A stretch of 64,000 nucleotides of DNA from the NCBI GenBank assembly GCA_904063045.1, contig CAJFCJ010000001.1, positions 1,054,001 to 1,118,000 on the forward strand, read 5' to 3'. Source of the DNA: Dimorphilus gyrociliatus (lineage: Eukaryota; Animalia; Annelida). Below, one piece after another: positions 1-11,917 of this stretch (within the stretch, counting starts at the first letter, position 1; each line of letters starts with the position of its first letter). A program made the translations under genes and the position numbers. A model generated the notes under the pieces. That model was not told where the DNA came from, did not search any database, and saw only the letters and a program-made list of their open reading frames with translations.

Positions 1-1698
1 GCAAAACCGAAAACTTTGATTGTCAGGATTGAGTATGTATCATAACCATTTTTGTCCGTAGTTTTCATAAAATCTCCATTCGATTTCCAAGAAATGTTAC
101 TGCGGCAAAATGATAAACTAGTATCCAAACAGGATGTTGACATATTTATTCCTTTTGATATAGAATCGAAATTTTGAATAATTAACTGCTTATCACCGAG
201 TTTTTTAGTGGATGGACACTTAATACATGGACCAGAGCCATTTTCACTGTAATAGCCATTTGAGCAAAATTGGCAAATTCCATTGACCAATTCCATTCCA
301 GGATTACAAGGTGGACAGTCTTGATTAGTTTTAGTCTCAGGTAGAGCGACCGAATCTTTATGTTCACTATTACATATTTTTGGTTCTAACCAGGCATATC
401 TAAGTTCTGTTTTGTTCTAAGAAAACACAAAAACAGACAGTTACAAATTTCAAATTACTGATAGTCAAATTACTTATTTCTTCTCACCTGTTTACAGACG
501 GGATCGACCATTTTATAGTCGTCTTCTCTACACGGTAATTTCTTAATACATTTGGTATGTCCTTCGAAGGAATAGCTATCTTTTTCACAATCTTGGCACG
601 AAATTGATCCAAGATTGTCAGAAAAGGTATTGATAGGGCAAGGTTTGCATCCTACAGATTTTGGTTGATCGGAGTAGCTGCCCGCTGGACAATCGGTACA
701 CTCACTGACAAATGCGAGACCAGTAATTTCAATGGATTGTATAAAGATGGAATGTTGCAACTCATCGCTTCTAGAATCTAAAGGTACTACTTTCCATGTC
801 AAAAAATTCAAACCTGGATTTAATCTAACAGTCTGTGAGACCCAATAGCTTGAACGTGTCAGTGACTTTCTTTGATCATTTTGCCTCTGACACATTTGAT
901 TAGTAACCGAAAATGCGAAATAAGCTGTAGTAGCTGTATCATAGAGATATCTGAAGGTGACGCTCCCCTCTTTTACCAAATTGGCAACGTAGGTTAAACG
1001 TATCATGCAGGAATCTGGTTGCGCTACTATATAATCTTTTTTACCAATCCAACCAGCAGATTTCGGACAAGTAGTATTCTCCTCCTAGATATTATTGAAA
1101 CATTAAATATTATATATAGAATAATAAATTTTCAACTAACAGCGTCAAAATTGGCAAAGTATTCCACTTTAATGTCGAAATCTTTAGGAATTTCATTCCA
1201 TGTATCGTATCTCTTTCCACCATCTAAAGAATAGCTGCCTTGTGTGCAATCTTTACATTTTTGAATATCTTTATCTAAATATTGTCCCGGTTTACATCTA
1301 ACATCTATACAATAAAGGATGTTTATAATGACAAGAAATCGCCTTGTTTAAGTTCTTTATTGAACTACTTCTACTTACTACAATCGGGTGCTCTTTCTGG
1401 AGGTTGAGGACTACCCCCTGTACATTTGTCAAATTCAGGTACTTGAACTCTCCAACGTTTTCCTTGGGAATCACATTCTGTATATTCATAATGAAAGTCC
1501 GAGTTCTGTTTAATAAATATCATTCGTATTATACCATAAATTACTTGCAGGTTATGTTTTTAAAACACGCTTGACTGAAGTAGTTATAAAGAATATAATA
1601 TATTCAATACTTACTGGTTTACACTGCGGTAAATTGGCTTTCACGTAACATATATTTAATAAAATGAGGAAGATGTACACGAATCTTGCTAAAATCAT
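1..1698 (-). CDS. ELAPOR1: ELAPOR/KIAA1324-family Cys-rich type I membrane protein; multi-exon, 3' part runs off the left edge
   Basis: Signal-peptide exon MILARFVYIFLILLNIYYVKANLPQCKP from ATG 1698. Next exons read NSDFHYEYTECDSQGKRWRVQVP and CKPGQYL...GSYSLGGG..YD.W; ORF 470-1006 contains CTDCPAGSYS..CKPCPINTFS. All match KIAA1324-family motifs. Paralog 1 vs 2 cannot be resolved. Confidence 0.88.
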
Positions 1699-2733
1699 TG
1701 TAAAGACTTGTACATACAAATGTACGGAATGGTTTAACTCTTAAATATCGTCGTATAATCCAAAATAACTACGATATATTGTCAGATCTAAAGTTCGATG
1801 TATAATACCCTATTTCCGAGCATGAACAGTCTGTTACAATATTTATAGATGTCGCACACTACCTTTCAATTCACACAATACATATGGCGTCACAGTGAAA
1901 TACGTGTGTTTTATTATCTATAGATCAGATGTTGTTTCCCAACAAAATTTCAAAATGGCGTAAATACAAAGATATTTTTTATACTAAAAAGAAAAAACTA
2001 TGTATTAGATATACATATTTATATATATATATATAGATAACAATATATTATATTATATTTATGTTTTTAAGACAGATTTTTACAAAAAATCACTTTAAAA
2101 ACTTTATAATACTTTATTTTATCAATTAATTTATTCAGTCATTCAAAAATATAGTTTGTATGAATTAATTAATTTATTTCTTTACAGTTTAGGATAATAG
2201 TCACTCTGTCTATATTAGTTTAAGTATTATCAATCGCATCTGATTATTGATCTCTATTGTCATGGAAATTAAAGTTATAAACAACTTAATTGTTAACAAT
2301 TTCTGAATTAAGTATGTTATATATAGAAAAAAAATTACTTTTTTTATTTAGTAATATTGCATAATAGTAAGATAGAAAGAATAAATTAAAAAAAATAACA
2401 CTGTGAGTATAGGGGTGACAATTAGTAATTGTACAAACTGTTATTCAAAAAGCGTTATAAACATTCTATAAAGTTATTAATTGTGTTTTAAAAAAATAAA
2501 ATTTTATTATTCTTTTAATTTATTATAGTTTTAATATGTATATATCTAAGATTTTGCTATTTTAATTAAAAAGAACAATTCTTTAAGCGCTGGTAGAGCC
2601 ATCTAATGGTAGGATTGATTTGTCCAATTTTCAAACGGAACCAAATTCTAACACGTAAGTGTCTGTTCTTGAAGCAGTAACATTTATTTGATAAACTATA
2701 TTAATAAATACTAAATATAATATATTTATAAAA

Positions 2734-3679
2734 ATGCTTAGGAAAATGAAACTTTGTAAAGTTGTCGCGATATTAGAAAATTTTGCTCCACTAAAACTTG
2801 CCGGCTCATGGGACAATGTCGGACTATTAGTCGAACCATCTTCTCACACTGTTAAGAAAATGCTTTTGACCAATGATTTAACCAAAAGAGTCCTAGAAGA
2901 GGCTATAGAAACCAAATCTGATATGATATTAAGCTATCATCCACCAATTTTTAGCCCATTAAAAAGATTGACCCAATCAAGTTGGAAAGAAAGAATCGTC
3001 ATAAAATGTCTAGAAAATAAAATAGCTGTTTTTTCACCACATACTTCCTGGGACGCAATTGAAGGTGGTGTTAATGATTGGCTTATAAAACCATTTGATA
3101 AGATAATACAGAATTGTGAAGCTGTTGAAAAAATTGATGGAATTGATTATTCAACGGTAATAAGCTTACTACTTATAGTTTCTATTAGACTAATAAATAA
3201 ATTTTCAGACTTCTACTAAAGTTGGCTATGGCAGACGTGCCAACTTGAATAAGTCAATAGCTTTGAAAGATGCCATAGAAATTGTAAAAACTCATCTAAA
3301 CATGCAAAATGTTAGACTTGCTTTCGACAACAAGAAAACAATTGGTAAATAAAGCTGTCATCTCTTAATTTCTCTTTTTTAAATCTCTGCTTCTTTGTTA
3401 TTAACAGATGATATTAAGATAAATTCTATCGGAGTATGTGCCGGCTCTGGTGCGAGTGTTTTGCGTTATGCCAAAGCTGATTTGTTAATATCTGGTGAAA
3501 TGTCTCATCATGAAGTTTTGAACTACGTTGCTGGTGGGTCTTCAGTTATACTCTGCGAGCATTCGAACACTGAAAGAGGATTTCTAAAGCATATACAAGC
3601 TAAACTTTCGGAACAACTGGAAGACTCTATAGAAGTGTTGGTATCGTCCACAGATGCCGATCCCTTACAAATTGTTTGA
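2734..3679 (+). CDS. NIF3L1: NIF3-like protein 1; exons 2734-3156, 3209-3344, 3408-3679 (276 aa)
   Basis: Motifs APLKLAGSWDNVGLLVEP, SYHPPIF, SPHTSWD, GVCAGSG, SGEMSHH and CEHSNTERGFL; GT-AG introns with compatible phases. Confidence 0.95.
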
Positions 3680-3758
3680 ACTATACGAGTTAAAGTTATA
3701 TCTACATGTCATTTTTTAATTTAAAATCATCATTTTTTTTTAAATATATAACCTAAAT

Positions 3759-4511
3759 ATGTATTTTGTTCTTTTTCTATTTTCTATAGGCAATGTAATT
3801 TTAACAGAAAATCACCTTTTGAGAAAAACACATGTGTGCATCTGGAATGCTAAGACGAACAATACCTCTCTATCATTTGTGGGACGATTCAATTTGAACA
3901 TTTGGCGAAAGGAAAATTATAATTCGAATTATTATAAATATCTATTCTGTCCTCCAGCAGAATTATCTCGTAACGTATATTGTTGTCGTTTTAAACATAG
4001 TATTGAAGAAGCTGGTTTAGAATGTTGTAGAGATGATGAATATTTTCGATCTCTTGGTTCTCATTCTGCTGGAAATCGGCTAGCAGCCCTTGGATTATTT
4101 ATTTTTATTGTTCTTTGCGTTCTATGCGCACTATGGATAACAATAACTCTAACTAAAAGACATCCACCGCGGATTACACCGAATAATGAGAATAACTGGA
4201 ATTCAGAGATAATTGTTCGAAATGTGCCTTCAAATGAACAAGTAAATCTTTTTCCGTCTGCAGGAATAGCATCTTTTAGCAGAAAACCTCCGTCTTATCA
4301 AACCTTATATCCTAGATCACAGGAATCAAAGAGTGAAAGTACAATGGATCCCTCTTCGATTGGATTAGGAGTAAGCAGTCCATCCCCGGATGTAGGTGAT
4401 ATTCTCAAAGAGAGGAGAGAAAGAAACTTATTAGACAATTCTAGCACAGAGACGAGTACAGTTTATTCAGCTAATAATTTTGAATCTTCTCCCGCAAAGT
4501 GCGAGGCATAA
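3759..4511 (+). CDS. Shisa/WBP1/VOPP1-like single-pass membrane protein with Cys-rich ectodomain and cytoplasmic PPxY motif (250 aa)
   Basis: Hydrophobic N-terminus, then C..C...YCC...CC, a TM helix (LAALGLFIFIVLCVLCALWITI) and KPPSY in a Ser-rich tail. The start codon is uncertain because ttttctatag at about 3790 looks like a splice acceptor. Confidence 0.6.
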   Translation: MYFVLFLFSIGNVILTENHLLRKTHVCIWNAKTNNTSLSFVGRFNLNIWRKENYNSNYYKYLFCPPAELSRNVYCCRFKHSIEEAGLECCRDDEYFRSLGSHSAGNRLAALGLFIFIVLCVLCALWITITLTKRHPPRITPNNENNWNSEIIVRNVPSNEQVNLFPSAGIASFSRKPPSYQTLYPRSQESKSESTMDPSSIGLGVSSPSPDVGDILKERRERNLLDNSSTETSTVYSANNFESSPAKCEA

Positions 4512-4605
4512 AAAAGTTAATCAAATTACATTTAAAATATGAAAGCTATTGTTGTTAACAGAGCAAAAAATCTAATTGCAGGAATATGATTAGGGAAGTC
4601 TGGAA

Positions 4606-7600
4606 TTACAACTTTTGGGGTAAAATATGAGGTCTCGCTGCAAAATGTGTATCTGCAATATTAATATGATATTTGGCATTCTTATCCATAACAAATTCAT
4701 TTGTGACTGTAGATTTTCCATCTTTATTCGATACGAATCCAAGACAGACGTGTTTCTTCAGAGTAAATCCATAAGCAGCAGAAGTTACCCATCCAACCAA
4801 TTGATTATTTCTGTAAATAGGCTCTCCTCCCCATGGCCAAATATCGTGATCAACATTATGATCGGTTAGGACGAATTGAACGAGACGTTTTTTAATGCCC
4901 TCCTTCCTTTGTTTGATAAGAGCTTGTTTACCAATAAAGTCCGCACCCTAATTAAGAAAAAAACAAAAAAACCAATTAAGCCTAAATGAGAGTTTAAAAG
5001 TTAAACATTTCAAGAAAATAAGTGTCTTACATCAAATTTCACACGAAATTCCCTACCACATTCTAATGGAGTTACTACTGGTGATAAATCGGTTCCCCAA
5101 TATGCAAAGAATCTTTCAGTTCTTAATGTTCTTAAAGCATAATATCCTGCATTTCTTATTCCATAGTCTTTTCCTGCATCTAAAATGCAGTCATATACAT
5201 GTAAGGCATATTCCGAGGGAACATAGAGCATCCAACCATCTTCACCAGCATGAGTTAATCGCATAGCAACTATTCCAGAAGCCTGACCAACATCCATTAC
5301 TTGGCAGCTCATTGCCTTAAAGTTTGTTGAAGACAGCGAAATATCAGTAAGTTCCGACAAAACTGCATGTGCCTTTGGGCCAAGGAGATTAATTGCCGCG
5401 TACATGGATGTCACATCCGATACCTAATAATATATAAAACGAAAACGGTCTTTTAAGAGGTTTATTTTTTAGTTTTTAAACAAGTACCTGAACAGATCCG
5501 TCTGTCGGTAAATGCTTTCTTAACCAAGCAAGTCCTCGGGTTTGTTGAGTGGTAGGAGCTACCATAAAAAATCTATTTTTGGCCAATCGAATAATAGAGC
5601 AGTCGTTTTCAAAACCTCCTCTTTCGTTAAGCATTCCAGTGTGAACGACTGAGCCAATTTCACCATCAATATCATTGGCACAAACATATTGGAGAAAATC
5701 AACAACTTCTTTATCTGCTGACTTTATGTAAATATTTCAATTAAGGAGTTTTTAATCTGTTAAATAAAAATATTTTCATATTCATGAAATACCTGCAATT
5801 CAAATTTTGTAAAAGTTGACATATCAATAACGCTAACTCCTTCTCTGCATGCACGATATTCCGTTTGTACTTTTTCAAACCAGTTTGGCTTTTTGTAAGC
5901 ATTAGTAGGCTCTCTAGGAACTTCAAGTGAATTTGAACCTATTTGATATGAGAAGAGAATGTTTTTAGTAGTTTTAAGACAAACGATATAAGATATTTAT
6001 AAAGTTCACGATAAGTGCATTAATTTGCTTAAAAAATAAAAAAGAGTTAAAAAGTTTATAAGTCACCCGAATACGTGAACAGAGAACTATCACTATTATC
6101 AAAATAAAGCGCTCTCTCGAATCCCATTATTTGGCCCATTTGCATTCCATTTCTAGTTAATCTAGGATATAAACTAGATGTTCTAAGTCTTCTACCTCCT
6201 TTATACGCAATCTCAGGACCTACTAAAGCGTGCAGTCCTGGAAAGAAAAACGGTGCCATTCAACAACACACAACTAAACTAGATTAATAAATAAGGGGCG
6301 TCAAAATTCGAAAACAGTTACAACATTAAGAGAATCTTACATCCTGGACTTTCGGCTCCACTGGCCAATTTATAAGAGTCTCCATTTGCCGTCGTTTCAA
6401 AATAAACAGGTCTTTCGTACCCCATCATTTGTGCTAATTTGGCATCATTTTCATATCGACAATATAGAGGTGAAAGTCTGAGTTTTCTTCCTCGATTTAA
6501 CTCAAAGATATTTCCAGCTCGAGAAGCTAATCAGAATTATAGTTTCAAAAATAGACGCCCCCACCAAAAGATACTTACCGGGGATTTCCTTAACTCTATC
6601 CCTTAAAAATTTTCTATTATTATGTAAGTCTACAAAACGTCGGCAGTCTAAAGGTAAAATATTTTCTTTTACATCCCCATCTATAATCCAATCTGATATC
6701 AGATTTCCAACTCCTGCTGAATTGGCAATTCCAGTTGAGTTCATACCAGCGGCAATGAAATAATTTGATATTTCTGGAGCTTCACCTAAAATCGCTTTAC
6801 CTACAAAATGAGTCAGTGAAAAATATCATAAATATAAGTACAAATGAAACACTTAAATTTCCTATCTAAAAGTTACAAAGGGTATATATACCGTCTGGAG
6901 TAAAACTTTCTGGCCCGTTATACATTTTTCGTACTTGTGCAGTTTGTAATGAAGGAAATCTAAGTAAGAGTTGTTCTAAAATTGGCCCAAAGTGATCCCA
7001 ATCTTCAGGTAATAGACCGAATTCAAATTTCTCTGGCACGCCGTCGTGAAAGCATGGCTTAGCTTTAGCTTCAAAACAACCACCTAACAATCCACCACTC
7101 CATTCTCTAGCATAGATTGATCCATCATAATCTCTTATGACAGGCATCATTGGATAAACATCAAATGGTTTTGTAACAATGTAAAAATGTTCGCATGAAT
7201 GTAAGGGTATTCGAACATTAGGTGAACTTTTTTCGCCTAAGAATCTTGCCCACTGAAACATATTCATATTTTATCTGCTTAACTGATAAGCTTCGTTTAA
7301 ACTACCTGTCCTGTGCAATTAACAAAAGTTTCGCAATCGATTTGTCCCTTATCTGTTACAACTCCGGACACTTTATTGTTTTTAGTTTGAATTTCTTCGA
7401 CTCGGACTTGCTCCTGAATTGTTACTCCTTTAAGAAATAATATTATCTTATTAGTTCAAATGAATCTGATTGTTGATAACACAGTTATGATAATCTCGTA
7501 GAAAAAAATTATCTTTACCTAGTTGTTTTGCTTTACTTTTATACGCCATTGTTAAATCGGAGGGACTTAAAACTCCATCAGACGGGACCCACACACCCCC

Positions 7601-8365
7601 TATCAACCCTTCAGGATTAAGAAGGGAGCATTTTTCTTTAAGTTCCGATGGTGATAATACTTCAGCATGTATACCCATGGCCCTAAACAACAAAATATAT
7701 AGATTTCAATTGTAAACATAGGCTGTAGAATATCTTACTTTGCATTTACAAAAGCCCTTTTATAATAAGTCATTCTGCTTGCAGTTCTTGCTAAATATAG
7801 CGACCCACATTCTTTCCAACCTGAAATTCAAGTTTATTGAACAATAAATTAAATAAATCATTTTTTAACAAAGAAATTTGATAGAATTACTTATTCCTAA
7901 TTCTTTTTCCAAATCAGTGTAAAGGTCTCGACCATATTTCGAGAATTTTGATTCAATAGAAGTTCCACGAAGCTGGCCAATTAAACCAGCAGCATGCCAT
8001 GTCGTACCACAAGTTAATCTTTAATATCGGTTGCAAAAGGTATTTGGGGATAGGAGATTGTTATAATTGTGAAAATACAAACTGTCCTTGTTCCAATAGT
8101 ACAACATCGCTGACACCTCTTTTAGCTAAATGATATGCCAAAGAACATCCTACAACGCCTCCACCAGCAATTACAATCTAAAATGGACAGACATTATGAA
8201 ATTTTTCTGTTCTTTATAAATAGCAATTTCACTAACTCTACTTGAAGATGGAACTTGCTGTTCTTTAAATCTAAGAGAACTGCATAAGCTAAAATGCCTT
8301 AAAATTTTATTGCTGATTAACAGATGCTTATGTAAGCCTAAGGCCTTTCCATGACTTGACAGCAT
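4606..8365 (-). CDS. PDPR: Pyruvate dehydrogenase phosphatase regulatory subunit (DMGDH/SARDH-family flavoprotein), multi-exon
   Basis: Mitochondrial-type leader; [17 protein letters not shown] (FAD site), [25 protein letters not shown]. The C-terminal [31 protein letters not shown] and [17 protein letters not shown] match PDPR rather than DMGDH or SARDH. Confidence 0.85.
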
Positions 8366-8849
8366 CCTTCGGCGGTGAACGAGCTACATTAAGCTTCAAT
8401 GAAAGCTCTTTTCATTCTTCCTATATATTATAAGTTAGTATCGTCTGCTAAATCTTCCGATTGGCTTCTACCGAAACCATACTATCTAATTGTTTGGTTC
8501 CGTATTCCTGAAAAAAATTTAAAGAGACTCTTATGTTTGATATTGTTCGTACTCTGTACGAAAAGGTTTTTGTATATCTTTAAATTGACGACATTGACAA
8601 TTACTTTTTCGAAACAGAAATATTCAATAATAGCAAAAGGAATATGACATGAAAAATGTTAGGTTACAAATTTATTATAAATTGTCATGGCCACATTTTT
8701 CTTTAATGTTATACCATTGTAAAAAACAAAACAAAAAATCCTACAGCTGTTATCAATATTTATAATAATCTATTGAAAACTGGTAAACTTCATCAAATCT
8801 GTTTTTCCTTTTCTTATTGAAAAAACTATATTTCAATAGCATATCCAAA

Positions 8850-9536
8850 ATGGATGAAAATAGATTGGTTAGAAACGTATTTGAAACTCTATCTGAGCCA
8901 CTTACAGATAAGTTAGAACCTCAGTTTATAACTCCTTGTTTGATATCAAAAGGTGTCTTAAGCATCGACGAACAAGCTGATGTTTTATCAAATTCCACAC
9001 GACGACAACAAGCTATTTGTTTGATTTCATTCCTGTCTCGCAAAGATGTAAAAGCTGTGGAGGCGCTCTGCTCCTGTTTATCGAGAAATAATGATACAAA
9101 GCTTGCAAGCGAGATAGTAAGAGTTTTCAAAAATGTAAAAGAGAAAATTCAGAACGAAGAAAAAAGAAATGACATTACGGACGCTTTCCAAGAGTATCAA
9201 ATTGAAGAATTACTAAAAACACTAAATGAAGAAGACTTGGAAAAAAAAATAGGTGACAAGCTGTATTTTGAAATGGCTAATAATATGACCAAATCAGAGA
9301 TACAAAAATCCCTCTTAGATTCAGAGGTACTGAGGATGGTTGATTTTGAAGCCGTTGAGACTAGCTATCCTACAGATGTGTTTAGGCAAAAATATAAATT
9401 GATTGACAGTTGGTTTGCCAGACAACCAGAAGAACTCAATCTGAAAGACTTTATAGAAACTATTAGAAAGCGCATTCCATATAGTGATAATTTCAAGACA
9501 GCTATTTCTCAATATGTGAAATCAACGAAGGCTTAA
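8850..9536 (+). CDS. Intronless death-fold adaptor: N-terminal CARD plus putative C-terminal death domain (RAIDD/CRADD-like architecture)
   Basis: LEPQFITPCLISKGVLSIDEQADV...RRQQAICLISFLSRK...LCSCL...KLA fits the CARD pattern. The C-terminal helical region with KYKLIDSWF resembles a death domain. ATG at 8850. Confidence 0.6.
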   Translation: MDENRLVRNVFETLSEPLTDKLEPQFITPCLISKGVLSIDEQADVLSNSTRRQQAICLISFLSRKDVKAVEALCSCLSRNNDTKLASEIVRVFKNVKEKIQNEEKRNDITDAFQEYQIEELLKTLNEEDLEKKIGDKLYFEMANNMTKSEIQKSLLDSEVLRMVDFEAVETSYPTDVFRQKYKLIDSWFARQPEELNLKDFIETIRKRIPYSDNFKTAISQYVKSTKA

Positions 9537-9734
9537 AAGCCTTAAATAACAATAATTTATACTATTTGTTTGTTTGATCAAATGATTAGATCACAAATTT
9601 TTTTCAAATCTTGATTGTCTAATAAAAACAATAACTAAAATATCAAAACTTCATTAAATGCAATTTGAAAACAGGAACCGGAAATAGGCTGGGATGTCTG
9701 CTAAAGGATATCTAATAAGCCAAAACAATTGGAA

Positions 9735-10574
9735 ATGTCTTTCAATGAGATATACGAACGTTATCGGGATGGAAGAATATTTGTTGGAAACCTACCCAAA
9801 TCAATCAAAAGTAAAAGATTAGATAAAATGTTTCGAAAATTTGGAGAAATTGAATTTATTGATGTCCATGACGGGGGCGAAAGAGGGCCTGCATTTGCTT
9901 TTATATGTTTTGAAGATCCGCAGGTACCTTAGTCATTTATCTACACATATTAATATTAAATTTATTAATGAAGTAACTCAAATTAAAATACTGAATCGTT
10001 TTTTTATAATTCATGAGATTTGCTTTCATTTAATATTTCATTTTCAAAAAGGATGCTGAAGATGCTATTCATGCCCGAGATGGCTATGATTATAAAGGAT
10101 ACAAACTGAGAGTAGAATTTCCAAGAACGCCACGAGATTATGTACCTCGAAGAGACCCTACTATTGATCCAAATCGGGATAGATCTAGATCAGGTTCAAG
10201 ATCACCAAAATCACGACGGTGGTGTACTGGAGCTGGGCCTCCTATGCGTCGACCTGATCAGCGGGTTATAGTTTCAGACTTACCTCCTGGGACGACATGG
10301 TATGACTTGAAAGATCACATGCAGGTATTGACATATTTGTACTCTAAATATTCAATAATAGAATTTAATTTAGGAGGCAGGAGAGGTATGTTTTGCTACT
10401 GTTTACGAGGACGGAAATGCTGGATTTGTTGAATACTTTCGCTTAGAAGATATGAAAGAAGCAGTAAGGAAAATGGACGACACGAGGTTTATGTCCAGAG
10501 AGGGGACCATATCATATATCAGAGTCAGAGAGGATGAAAAATGGAAGAAAGACGATGAACATAAAGATGACTAG
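9735..10574 (+). CDS. SRSF1/SRSF9 (SF2/ASF)-like splicing factor with two RRMs; exons 9735-9923, 10052-10324, 10374-10574
   Basis: [46 protein letters not shown], pseudo-RRM [50 protein letters not shown]. Confidence 0.88.
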
Positions 10575-10719
10575 TACTCATGATATTTTCATCGATTTTT
10601 GTAAAATTGTAAATGTTTTGCTTAATTTTTCGCTTTAAATTATTTTGATACGAAATACAAAATAACTTGTAAATTGAACGTAATTATCCTTATTTCAAAC
10701 TGTATTCGACGTTCCCACC

Positions 10720-11658
10720 TCAAAAGAAAGTATGAGGTCTCCTAGTGCTGAATCTAGGTTTATGCAAGTTCTTGCAAATACGGTGTGGTAGCGGAAACTT
10801 AATCTTGCTATCATGAAATTGTTTGATGTGGGGTCGACGACATTTTGAAGACGGCACTATTTCAACTCTCATGATTTGGATAGAGCTGGCTCTGGCGCGG
10901 TGACGAGCTCCCATATCGCGATCTGTAATTGAAAGACACGATTAGATTTTCATGCTTTAATAGGCTTGTCGCAGGTTCGGTTCACTTCGTTTAACCTTAA
11001 AGCTAACGAAGGCGACGAATCGCTTTAATTTTCGACTACAATTTAGTTCGACTACCAGAAGTTTCAGCACCGAACGAAAGGGATAAGAGTCGATTGTATA
11101 AACTCGCAAATAGCAAAAACTACTTACAACACTGGGTAACAGCTCCAGAGGTTGTCAAATCCCGATATTCTCGGTACATGTTGTGAATACCCGATCGGGA
11201 AACGTAACGCAACCATATGCCGAAGTTCTTGATGACCGACGGTCTCTTTTCGTAAATCTATAAACAATATCAATGGTTAGGTGAACTTGCCGCTAATAAA
11301 AATGCGCACCCTTTGACAGCAAACGATTTCGCCTTTAGTCTTCTTCATTTTCTTAAGGTTCGAGACGAAATACCAATAACGGGATTTCGCGGTACAAATG
11401 TCCGTAGCGAAAATCCTCATTTGGTACAGAGGAGGAACCCTGTTTTTTGGGGTCGGGAGGGCCCTTCCAACGATCTTGTATTCTTTCAGCTGAAATCACG
11501 TGGCCAATGTTAATTTGTCGAAAAAGCAAATTTTTGGATTAAAAAAGCAACACGTTTATGTATAAACATTTTGTAATTAAAATGGACTATAAATTTTTGC
11601 CCAGTTCGGGGTATTTTAAGAGAAAAGGAGATAAACTCACTTCACTGCGAACTTTCAT
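10720..11658 (-). CDS. RPL18A: 60S ribosomal protein L18a (eL20), 4 exons
   Basis: MKVRSE|[34 protein letters not shown]|[30 protein letters not shown]|MGARHRAR...[12 protein letters not shown]...RPHTFF. Confidence 0.97.
10964..11095 (-). ncRNA. SNORA68: Box H/ACA snoRNA (SNORA68-like) in the penultimate/last large RPL18A intron
   Basis: Two hairpins, H box AAATTA (11026-11031) and ACA 3 nt from the end (10967-10969). The hairpin-2 pocket CGTCGC/TGAAC is complementary to 28S GUUCA-UA-GCGACG, with 15 nt from pocket to ACA. Vertebrate RPL18A hosts SNORA68. Confidence 0.8.
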
Positions 11659-11670
11659 GGTGGAACAACC

Positions 11671-11682
11671 GGAAAAGGAAGA
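11671..11682 (-). promoter_or_regulatory. 5' TOP/TCT-like pyrimidine tract at the RPL18A transcription start, inside a roughly 260-bp bidirectional promoter shared with CNEP1R1
   Basis: TCTTCCTTTTCC lies 12 nt upstream of the RPL18A ATG, which is typical of ribosomal protein genes. Confidence 0.6.
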
Positions 11683-11917
11683 TCGTAGCGCGTTGATCCA
11701 CGAGATTTCAAAATTTAGCTCCGCATTGAATACGCGCCTAAATTCAAACAAATATTTATCTCTCTTTTGAATTTTGCCCTTTGTTGTGTGTAATAATCAT
11801 GTTTTTGGTATGTCATCAAAGTATAAACACCAATCGAATATATTTACTAATTGTTGCTTAGATTTGAGCAAAATTCTAAAGTGAATATTAGTTATAAGGT
11901 TTAAGAACAATTTAGAG

